Shown: positions 40,608 to 48,695 of the stretch, in pieces
Numbering within the stretch: position 1 is the stretch's first letter
How the letters are laid out: every line of letters starts with the position of its first letter
Assembly (NCBI GenBank): GCA_963822445.1
Contig: CAWGHO010000001.1
Location: 1,216,001-1,280,000, forward strand
DNA from: an uncultured Acidobacteriota bacterium
Lineage (GTDB): Bacteria > Acidobacteriota > Thermoanaerobaculia > Gp7-AA8
Direction of reading: 5' to 3'
Length of the DNA: 64,000 nucleotides
Program-made: the position numbers and the translations under genes
The notes under the pieces: generated by a model
The model's input: the letters and a program-made list of their open reading frames with translations, nothing else
Database searches by the model: none
Told to the model about the DNA's origin: nothing

Positions 40608-41383
40608 TCCCAGAAATGAGGCCGGAGTCGACGGAAAAGGGCCGCGCCGATGAGCATCAAGCCGCCTGCGATCGTCCAGAAGGCAACTGCTTCGGCGACG
40701 GTCGGCGCGGCGAACGCCTGTGGCAGCAGCGCATGACGGTATCCGGAGACGACGTACGCGGCGGGGTTGAGAGCCAGCAGCGACTGTCCGCGCGGCGGCA
40801 GCGCCGTCGGCGCCCACGCGATCGGTGTCACCCAGAACCAGACGTTGAGAAAGGAGGGAAGGACCTGCTGCACGTCCCGCACGATGACGGCCAGGCCGGA
40901 GAGCATCATCCCGATTCCATGCGCGAGCACGACCGCGCAAGCATAGAAGTAAGGAAGGAGCAGCAGTCCGGGGAAGCTCGCGTAGCCGGACGAGACCGAC
41001 GCCGCGAGCGTGAGCGCCAGCAGCACGACGTGCGGCAGCGACTGCACGACGATCGAGCTCGCGGAGATGATCTGCAACGGAAAGCGGACGCGCTTGACGA
41101 GATGGCGGTGACCGATGATCGATCCCACGCCGCTGCCGATGCCCGTGGAGATGAGCACCCAGGGCACATACGCCGCGGCGAAGCCGAGGACGTAGGGCGC
41201 TTTGCCGAGCGGGAGACGAAGGCCGAGGGAAAAAATGGCCGTGAAGCACAGCAGCGGGATGAGCGGCGTGAGCACCGCCCAGGCCATGCCTGCCGCCGTG
41301 CCCGCGTACGTACGCCGAAGCTCCTGACGCGCAAGCGACGCCAGCAGATGCCGATTCGGCCAGAGGCCAGCCCGCTCGCGCAT
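40598..41383 (-). CDS. wzm: Polysaccharide ABC transporter permease
   Basis: ELRRTYAGTAAGMAWAVLTPL, LVKRVRFP, RDVQQ, WFWVTPIAW, LNP. Confidence 0.9.
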   Translation of the reverse strand: MRERAGLWPNRHLLASLARQELRRTYAGTAAGMAWAVLTPLIPLLCFTAIFSLGLRLPLGKAPYVLGFAAAYVPWVLISTGIGSGVGSIIGHRHLVKRVRFPLQIISASSIVVQSLPHVVLLALTLAASVSSGYASFPGLLLLPYFYACAVVLAHGIGMMLSGLAVIVRDVQQVLPSFLNVWFWVTPIAWAPTALPPRGQSLLALNPAAYVVSGYRHALLPQAFAAPTVAEAVAFWTIAGGLMLIGAALFRRLRPHFWECL

Positions 41384-41452
41384 GAACTGGTTAGGGTACC
41401 ACCGGCCCCGATGATCGCCTCGCCGTGAAACGCTTTCGCGGCCATCGCCACT

Positions 41453-42433
41453 ATGCAGGTGATGGCACTCCTTAACGAAGGACAAAACGCGACGTCCCTG
41501 CCGCCGCTGCCGAAGCGGTTCCGGCACCACGTGCTCTTTTCGTACGCCTCGGCGGACGCGGAGTACGTACGGGCCGTTCGCGCCGCCTTGCCCAAGGAAG
41601 TCGACGCGTTCGACTACGCGGAAGGGGGCATGTGGGGCGAACAGCTCGTGAAAGGGCTCGAGCACCGCTACAAGAATGAAGCGCCGTTCTGCGTCGTCTT
41701 CATTTCGAAGGCCTATCTCGCCAGTCCGTGGACGCAGAAAGAGCTCGGCATCGTCCAGCGCGTCGCCAAACGCAAGCCCGGATACATGTTGCCGGTCGTG
41801 CTCGACGGCACGATCGTCCCCGAGATCGAAGGGATCGTCTGGCTCGACAAGACCCTGACTCCCGAGCAGCTCGCGGCGCGTCTCGTCGCGAAAATTCGCG
41901 AGCCGCCGCCGAAGCCCTGGTGGTTTTACGTTTCCACCGAAGTCAAAGTCGCGATTGCGGCGGTGCTGCTCGCGCTGATCCTCTTCGCGCGTCCGGCGGT
42001 CAACTACTTCCGCCCCTCGCGCACGACGATCCGGTCGGTGAGCGCGAACGCGCAGGAAATCACCGCGCGCCTCGTGAACAGCGGCCCGAAGAGTTCCACC
42101 GTGGTCGGCCAGCGATTGAAGTTCGGTGCTCTGCCGATCGAGGACGCGGTGCTGCATCTCGACAAGAAGGCGTCCGCGACGATCGCCCCCGGCGGGCACG
42201 ACCTGAAGCTGAAAGCGCTGACGCTCCTGACCAAGTGCGACGCCAACGGCATCCTCCCGAACAACGACATGGTTGCGGCCCTCCTCGGTCAGCAACCCGT
42301 CACGCTTGAAGTCGATGTCCGGGAGTCCGACGACCCTCCCGGCCAGACGACGCGGAGGATCGCGACGATCCCTGCCGCGCGTCTCGAACCGTTCGTCAGA
42401 AGGTTGGCACCGAATGATCTCGATGATTGCTAA
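41453..42433 (+). CDS. TIR-domain protein with single TM and C-terminal extracytoplasmic domain
   Basis: HVLFSYASAD, CVVFISKAYLASPWTQKE (TIR_2, catalytic Glu present), LPVVLD; TM VAIAAVLLALILFA. Confidence 0.82.
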   Translation: MQVMALLNEGQNATSLPPLPKRFRHHVLFSYASADAEYVRAVRAALPKEVDAFDYAEGGMWGEQLVKGLEHRYKNEAPFCVVFISKAYLASPWTQKELGIVQRVAKRKPGYMLPVVLDGTIVPEIEGIVWLDKTLTPEQLAARLVAKIREPPPKPWWFYVSTEVKVAIAAVLLALILFARPAVNYFRPSRTTIRSVSANAQEITARLVNSGPKSSTVVGQRLKFGALPIEDAVLHLDKKASATIAPGGHDLKLKALTLLTKCDANGILPNNDMVAALLGQQPVTLEVDVRESDDPPGQTTRRIATIPAARLEPFVRRLAPNDLDDC

Positions 42434-43175
42434 GGCCCTGGTTTGCGTTCTTCTCGCCGCGACCGCGGCACAAGCCCAGATCACCACGTCCCAGGTGAAT
42501 GTGTTCGTCAGGGGCAAGCGTTGCAGCGAACTGACGAACGTCTACCTCGTCATCAACGGCAAAGACCTCGACAGCGGCTGGGTCAAGCTCGAGCCGGCCG
42601 GGCCCTGCCGGTGGAAGGCCGACCTCGGCAGCGGCACGATCTCCACGAGCAACGCGCGCTTCAGCCTCCGCGGCGACTTCGCGCGCTCCGATTGCCAACG
42701 GGCCGCCCCGAACGAGGAGCAGCTCACCGCCAACCTCGAGTTTGCCTGCTGCGTCGAGGGGCCGCTCCGCAACGTGAGCGTGAAGATCGACCCTCCGATG
42801 CCGGTCAGTTACGTCCGCGACGTGCGGCCCTTCCCCGGCGCCCGGGTCCCCGGGATCAAATGCCTGGAAAGAGCGACCTTCAGTGAAGGACAAGGCTCGA
42901 TCGGCCATGCGCAGTTTTCCGGCGAAGACGTCTATCTCCATCTCGGCCCGTTCGACAGGAAACAGCCGATGCTCGGGCTGCTGCTCGATGACGTCGTCAA
43001 CGACGATGGTCCGCTGGTGCTAACGCGCGAAGGCGTGGTCTACCGGCTGGCCGTGCAGCGTGCGAAAGGAAAAGCGCGGAGCGCGCCGGCGGTGTCGTCG
43101 AACGCGATCCTGATCGACAGCAAGAAACTGGGCACGCTGAAGCTCGAGCGGGCCGAGATCGAGGTGATGAAATGA
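42414..43175 (+). CDS. Secreted Cys-containing hypothetical protein
   Basis: MIAKALVCVLLAATAAQA signal peptide; six Cys in the mature part; overlaps both neighbours. Confidence 0.7.
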   Translation: MISMIAKALVCVLLAATAAQAQITTSQVNVFVRGKRCSELTNVYLVINGKDLDSGWVKLEPAGPCRWKADLGSGTISTSNARFSLRGDFARSDCQRAAPNEEQLTANLEFACCVEGPLRNVSVKIDPPMPVSYVRDVRPFPGARVPGIKCLERATFSEGQGSIGHAQFSGEDVYLHLGPFDRKQPMLGLLLDDVVNDDGPLVLTREGVVYRLAVQRAKGKARSAPAVSSNAILIDSKKLGTLKLERAEIEVMK

Positions 43176-44125
43176 CTCGTGCAGCCGCAATCCTCTTTGC
43201 TCTGGTCTTCGCCCTGACAGCCGCCGCGCAGGACCCGCTCTTCGGTCCGGATGACTCCGTCGATCCGCGCGCGACCGGCGGACGGCCGGTGTTCATCTCG
43301 CGGCTGGTCATCGGCGCCGCATCGAACATGAACGGCGACGGCTTCCGCCCCCTCGGCGAAAACGTCGGATACGTGCATCTCGCGACGAGTTTTTCCTGGC
43401 GGTCGGTGCAGTTCGATTACAAGCGGAGCCAGTTGAAGGCCGAAGATGGGGAGGCGGCGTTGTGGAACGTCAGCCAGGAGCGAGACCTGCTCATCTCTCC
43501 GCCACCACCGCAACAACCGCAGGAATCGCGGCTGATGCGCAACGCCACTCCGAAATCGAAAGACACGTTGAACGCGGCGGTTTACTGGCCGGTGCCGGTT
43601 GGCACGGGGATCCCGGTGATGCTTCGGTCACGGGTCACGTTCACGACGCAGCCGATCGATACGGAGGTCGTCGAGGACTCAGAGCTGCAACGCATGTCCG
43701 GCCGCGAGCGCACCTTCGCCATCGACACCGACACATGGTTTCGCGTCGCCGGTCTCAACGTATTCGGCTCACTCGCCGTCTCTGAAACGGAGACCACCGG
43801 CACACTTGCTGACCGCAAAGAGCGCGCACTCACCTACACCAATCGCTTTCCATCGCTCTCTCTCGATCGAGCAAAGATCCTGATCCGCCCGACTCTCACC
43901 GTCGGGGGCATCTCGAACCGCGGCGGCTCGGCGGTGAACCTCGTCAATCCGGCAATCGAGATCTTCCGGCCGTTCCTGCGCACCGGCGCAAACTTCCACC
44001 TCATCTACAGCCCGCAGTGGGTCAACGAAAACAATCCGCTCACTGAAATCGACGACGCGCGATGGGGGACCACGCATCAGGTCGCGATTTACCTCGACTA
44101 CCCGATCTTCGCGAAGATTTTCTAG
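43172..44125 (+). CDS. Secreted, probable outer-membrane beta-barrel hypothetical protein
   Basis: MTRAAAILFALVFALTAAA signal peptide; alternating beta strands; C-terminal Phe. Confidence 0.65.
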   Translation: MTRAAAILFALVFALTAAAQDPLFGPDDSVDPRATGGRPVFISRLVIGAASNMNGDGFRPLGENVGYVHLATSFSWRSVQFDYKRSQLKAEDGEAALWNVSQERDLLISPPPPQQPQESRLMRNATPKSKDTLNAAVYWPVPVGTGIPVMLRSRVTFTTQPIDTEVVEDSELQRMSGRERTFAIDTDTWFRVAGLNVFGSLAVSETETTGTLADRKERALTYTNRFPSLSLDRAKILIRPTLTVGGISNRGGSAVNLVNPAIEIFRPFLRTGANFHLIYSPQWVNENNPLTEIDDARWGTTHQVAIYLDYPIFAKIF

Positions 44126-46116
44126 AACACGGTTCCGAGGCCGATGCGGACGACCTCTCCGCCCCGGCGTTGAATCTGATCGACCATGTCCGCGGTGCCG
44201 CCCGGCCCGTCACCCTCTTTGCCGTTCCAGAGCGCGATGAGGGTCACGCGGCGGCTGCCGTTGGCGAGCGCGTTGTGCAGCATCCAGAGATTGTTGCGTT
44301 GCCAGACGCTGTAATCGGTGCGGTGCGCAAGCCACCGCGGCAGGTCCTCGGATGACTGCAGCACGCGGACGGGCGTCTTTTTCACGAGATCGTAAAACCT
44401 GCGCGTCCACTCAGGTCCGGCGGAGCTGACGGATCGCGTCGCGTACTCCTCCTCCGGAAGCGCGAGATAGACGGTCGTCGCGATTCCCCGCGCCTGACAT
44501 TCCTCATGGAAGAGGATGTCCCCTCCGCTCGCCGCGCCGGAAATTCCGATGACGTGATTGCCATGATGCGCAACGGCGCTGTCGATCGCGGCGCGTATCT
44601 CCTGTCGCGCGATGTCGACTTTGTCCGGAGGGAAACGGGGCGTCGCGCGATCCGGATCATCGACCCGATGTCCGGTGAACAGCAGCACATGCGGCGGATT
44701 CGGTCCGGATTGCGCTTCCGGCAATGTGTCGAGCGCCGCGCGTGCTGCCTCTTCGTAGATGCCGAGGCGGAGGAACATTTCCAGTTGTGCGCGTACGGCG
44801 CCGACCTGGAACGGCGAGATGCCGCGCACGAGGTTGTAGCGGCCCTTGACGCGACTGGCTGATTCGCCGCGATAGAACGACAGGTCCGCCTCGCTGATGT
44901 TCGCCCACAGATCCTGCGTGCCCGCGGCTTTGGCGAGCTCCTGTTCCGCATCGATCGAGGCCTGGACGGTCACGATCAGATCGGCGAGCCTTTTTTTACA
45001 CTGAGCCAGCTCGTGATCGGGATCATCGCTCTCGGAGCTGCCACGCCAGGTCTCCGAATCGGCGATCGCAAGTTGAGTAAGGATTACCAGCAGCCCGACG
45101 GCGTTGATGCCGGGAAAGTAGTTCGTGAGGTCGGTCCTGAATCCGGTCGAGTAGTGCTCGAAGGCCTGGCGCAGCCATCCCGATCCGAGTGCGCACCGGC
45201 GCGCCGCGTCGCGGTCTGCTTTCTCCGACCATTCCTTCAACCACTGGTTTTTTGCGTTGCGTCCTTTGAGCGCCAGCGCCTCGGCGCGTGCGCGGCGCGG
45301 AATGTCCGGCTGTGCGAGCACGCGATCGATGGCGATGTCCGAGTCGGCGAGACGGCCGAGTCGCTGATCGATGGTCGCCAGGAGGGTGTTGGTCTCGACG
45401 TCGTCCGCATCGAATCGGCGGACTGCTTCCCACGTCTCCTTCGCCGCTTCCATCGCCCGGAGTGCGAACTGCGCGCGGCCGATTGCCCGCAATCCCGTGC
45501 GCGCCCACGACACGCCCTCGATTTCCTCGGTGAGCAGCGCCAGATCGCCGGGAAGTTTTTCAGCCTTCGCGCGCTCGACCTCCGTGAGAAATGCCGGCGG
45601 CGCGGCGAGGAACGACTCCGCGTTCTGCTCGACCATGTCCGGCAGCAGGTTGAAAACGGGACTGTCGGTGACGCCTGCATGAATCGTCGCGTGAAGCGTC
45701 CGGACGAGATCGTCGACCGACGCCGCGGGGTTCTTGTCGTCGTAGGTGATGTAACGGTCGGTGAAGAGATCGAACACGACCTTGTCGCCGCCTTCCCGTC
45801 CGCGAATCATCACCGTCGCCGCGCGCCGCAACGCGTGGCGCAGACCGAGCTCGTAGAAGACGTTCGCGTTGTGAATGGAGACATCGGCGATGACGATGTC
45901 GGCAACCAGCAGCGCCTGGAACATGTCCGTGCGGATGTTGCCCGTGCGCAGGATCTCCATCGTCGTGCGTCCGTTGATGCCGAGGCGCTTCAGGGCGGGG
46001 TCGATCAACTCGGCCTCGACGCGGTCGAAATCGATTCCGCTCTTCGTTCCGAAGGGACGCACGATGAACGCGCGCCGGCTGCGCGTGTCCATGGTGGCCT
46101 GCGGGATGTCCGTCAT
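44122..46116 (-). CDS. NDT/TIR-like (DUF4071/ASK1-type) + TPR + SLOG multidomain protein
   Basis: [32 protein letters not shown]; GRNAK..W, YFPGINA; [35 protein letters not shown]. Confidence 0.8.
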   Translation of the reverse strand: MTDIPQATMDTRSRRAFIVRPFGTKSGIDFDRVEAELIDPALKRLGINGRTTMEILRTGNIRTDMFQALLVADIVIADVSIHNANVFYELGLRHALRRAATVMIRGREGGDKVVFDLFTDRYITYDDKNPAASVDDLVRTLHATIHAGVTDSPVFNLLPDMVEQNAESFLAAPPAFLTEVERAKAEKLPGDLALLTEEIEGVSWARTGLRAIGRAQFALRAMEAAKETWEAVRRFDADDVETNTLLATIDQRLGRLADSDIAIDRVLAQPDIPRRARAEALALKGRNAKNQWLKEWSEKADRDAARRCALGSGWLRQAFEHYSTGFRTDLTNYFPGINAVGLLVILTQLAIADSETWRGSSESDDPDHELAQCKKRLADLIVTVQASIDAEQELAKAAGTQDLWANISEADLSFYRGESASRVKGRYNLVRGISPFQVGAVRAQLEMFLRLGIYEEAARAALDTLPEAQSGPNPPHVLLFTGHRVDDPDRATPRFPPDKVDIARQEIRAAIDSAVAHHGNHVIGISGAASGGDILFHEECQARGIATTVYLALPEEEYATRSVSSAGPEWTRRFYDLVKKTPVRVLQSSEDLPRWLAHRTDYSVWQRNNLWMLHNALANGSRRVTLIALWNGKEGDGPGGTADMVDQIQRRGGEVVRIGLGTVF

Positions 46117-47234
46117 ACGAATCGGTCGAAGTGGTGCGCTTTCACCTTCATCTTACCCACGGCCTGTCCGACCTGCTGCAGTTCCGGAATGGCACCGATC
46201 GAATCGAGCTGCTGGACGTTCTGCGGTTTGATGCGCGGGAGCTTCAGTTTGTCGAGACCTTCGCGCGTGAGCTCGGTGTTGTAACGCACGTACGTGAAGA
46301 GCTTTTCTTTCGTGGGACCTTTCTTGCCGATCATGTCGCCGACCTCGCGATCGAGCTCGTCGCCGGCCAGCGTGTCTCCGAACGCGCGGCAGAGGAAATC
46401 CTGTTCATTGAGCGCGGCGAACATCAACGCGGACGGAATCGACGACGCGTTGTAGAGGAGGTTCATCTGGCCCGGCTGCAGGTCGTTGTTTGCGCTCGCG
46501 GCGGTGCCGGTGCCGATCGAGACGATGAGCATCCTGTCGCGGCCCGTCTCCCAGCAGAGGTTGTACGACTCGACCGTGGCCATCAGGAAAAGCTGGAAGG
46601 CCGGGTTGTTGTACATGGTCATTCCGCCGTCGACGAAGATGAAGCGCTGTTTCCCGATGTCGACCGCCTCGGGCGGAAAGTACGTCGGCGCGGCCGTGCT
46701 GGCGCGGACGAGCTGCCAGAGCGGCAGATTGAGATTGCAGTCGTCGCGATCGGCGGCGCAGTACTTCGCGGCCGGGTTGTTGGACAGCGGCCACGGAGAG
46801 TCGGTCGTCGCGTTGCGCAGGACCATCATCAGAAGGGTGCGCAGCTTCGTGCTCCCGAGCGTGGTGTTCGCACCGATGACCTGCCGCAGCTTCTTCGCCA
46901 GCGGCTCGTTCTCGAACTTGTAGTGCAGCTTGCGCAGCAGTCCGGCCCGGTCGAACATGGCCGGTCCGCTGTCGATGTAGAACTTGCGGATGTCGTCCAC
47001 GCGCATGCCGAGGGAGAGACAGGTGGCGATGATCGCGCCGGTGCTCGTGCCGGCGATGTAGTCGAAGTAATCGGAGAGAACGAACGTGTCGTCGCGCTTC
47101 AGGCGCTTCTGCAGCAGCGCTTCGATGGTGGCGAGGATCTCGACGGTCATCATCCCGCGAATGCCGCCTCCGTCGAGCGCGAGAAGCTTGCGGTTCGGTC
47201 TCGGTTCCAGTTTGGATTTGAAGGATGTGGCCAT
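46113..47234 (-). CDS. Patatin-like phospholipase
   Basis: [39 protein letters not shown]; ATGA overlap with downstream gene. Confidence 0.93.
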   Translation of the reverse strand: MATSFKSKLEPRPNRKLLALDGGGIRGMMTVEILATIEALLQKRLKRDDTFVLSDYFDYIAGTSTGAIIATCLSLGMRVDDIRKFYIDSGPAMFDRAGLLRKLHYKFENEPLAKKLRQVIGANTTLGSTKLRTLLMMVLRNATTDSPWPLSNNPAAKYCAADRDDCNLNLPLWQLVRASTAAPTYFPPEAVDIGKQRFIFVDGGMTMYNNPAFQLFLMATVESYNLCWETGRDRMLIVSIGTGTAASANNDLQPGQMNLLYNASSIPSALMFAALNEQDFLCRAFGDTLAGDELDREVGDMIGKKGPTKEKLFTYVRYNTELTREGLDKLKLPRIKPQNVQQLDSIGAIPELQQVGQAVGKMKVKAHHFDRFV

Positions 47235-47280
47235 GCTCAGGGAGTGCCCGGGAGAGACGAGTTCCCTACCCTTGGCCGGT

Positions 47281-47904
47281 TCAACGGCTCATGCGAACGC
47301 CCACGTTCATGCGTCGATCGCGGTCCCACGCGGCGCCGTCGCCAGTGAGCGTCCGAAACTCGGCGAAGAGTGCCATCCGTCGCGTCACGAGTCCCGTCAC
47401 CGCGATTCCAAGATCGCCATTGATGCGTTCTTCGACATCAACCGCGAAAAAGGACCACGGCACGAGGTTTTGCGGTGTCAGATCCTCGACGGTGGGCTTC
47501 GCGACGTATCGAACACCGACTACTGTCGAAACGTCGACCCGCTCGGACAAGCGCCACGGAACGCGTGCGCCGAGGACCACGGCCGAACTGGAGATCTTCA
47601 TGCGGTGCGTGTCGAAGCAGGTATTCCGAACCGTGCCACAGAGCCTGCCGCCGGCGGTTACCGCGAGAACGTCCCGACGACGCTCGATCGCGACTTCCAG
47701 CGAGAAGCGCGGATGTACCGGCCACTCGAACGCCGCCCCGACAGCACCCTCCCACGAACGGATTTGCTCCCGGCCGTTAACGGAGGTTTGTTCCGTGGAG
47801 GGGTGAGTGATGCCGCTGCCGTACAAGGAGATCGTGGCCTTTCGCTGACCTTCTGCACGGCAGAGCGGCAGCAGCAAAAGCACCAGGAAAAGAACTTTCC
47901 TCAT
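47281..47904 (-). CDS. Small outer-membrane beta-barrel-like secreted protein
   Basis: MRKVLFLVLLLLPLCRA signal peptide; amphipathic strands; ends MNVGVRMSR. Confidence 0.55.
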   Translation of the reverse strand: MRKVLFLVLLLLPLCRAEGQRKATISLYGSGITHPSTEQTSVNGREQIRSWEGAVGAAFEWPVHPRFSLEVAIERRRDVLAVTAGGRLCGTVRNTCFDTHRMKISSSAVVLGARVPWRLSERVDVSTVVGVRYVAKPTVEDLTPQNLVPWSFFAVDVEERINGDLGIAVTGLVTRRMALFAEFRTLTGDGAAWDRDRRMNVGVRMSR

Positions 47905-47990
47905 GGTGGCTGAACAGATACGGCGTTGGGTGCACGGGTGTTGGCGGGGAGGCGTCACGGCGCCCGCGAGGTACAATCGCGCGAGTCATC

Positions 47991-48242
47991 ATGCCTGCAA
48001 CGCACACCACTGATCTGGAAACGGAGCTGCGTTACTTCGGCGAGCATCGATCCGATTTGTTGGAGACAGCGGCTGGTAAGTTTGCACTGGTCAAGGGTGA
48101 GACTCTGATCGGAACGTTCGACTCCGAAACGGAAGCAATACGGCATGGATATCAGACGCTCGGAAACGTCGCGTTTCTCGTCAAGCAAGTCACCGAAGCA
48201 GACATCCCGCTCAGCTTCACTTCTTTTAATCTCGGGGTGTAG
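47991..48242 (+). CDS. Small DUF5678-like protein
   Basis: YFGEHRSDLL...GKFALVKGETLIGTFDSETEAIRHG; TACAAT upstream; abuts the aspartyl protease gene. Confidence 0.7.
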   Translation: MPATHTTDLETELRYFGEHRSDLLETAAGKFALVKGETLIGTFDSETEAIRHGYQTLGNVAFLVKQVTEADIPLSFTSFNLGV

Positions 48243-48664
48243 TTGCCTTCCTTCGAGATTTCTCTTCCCGACCTGAAAACCTCAGGCCCGATCGTCCAGG
48301 GCTTCATCGGACCGTCTCGTGAGTTGATCAGTGCGCTGGGCGCCGATGCGGTTGCTGCGCCGATCCCTGTCTCGGCACTGGTCGATACAGGCGCGGCAGC
48401 CACGGTCATAACGCCCGAGACGGCGGCCTTGCTCCGGCTCCGCAGCGTTGGAGCCGTTTCAGTGCATACGCCCACGACGATCGAGCCGGTGCTTTGTCGG
48501 CAGTTCCACGTGAACGTGTATCTCTCGTCCAGTTTCGCAATCGAGAACGTCGTGAAGCACCGCTGACTGGTCAGTCATTCCAGTGTCTTGTCGGTCGTGA
48601 CGTTCTCAGTCGCGGCGTTTTCACGTACGACGGCATTCGCAGTCGTTTCAGTCTCACCTTCTGA
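48243..48664 (+). CDS. Retropepsin-like aspartyl protease, frameshift near 48554
   Basis: ALVDTGA active site; after the shift EAPLTGQSFQCLVGRDVLSRGVFTYDG...FSLTF stop supplies the GRD motif. Confidence 0.8.
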
Positions 48665-48695
48665 AGTCCCCGCGGTCGGCGCGGGCTGATCCGAC

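Noticed and set aside
44122-47234. CBASS or canonical Thoeris
   Set aside because: No CD-NTase, SIR2 or Macro domain is nearby; the only nucleotidyltransferase is a small cassette gene about 30 kb away.
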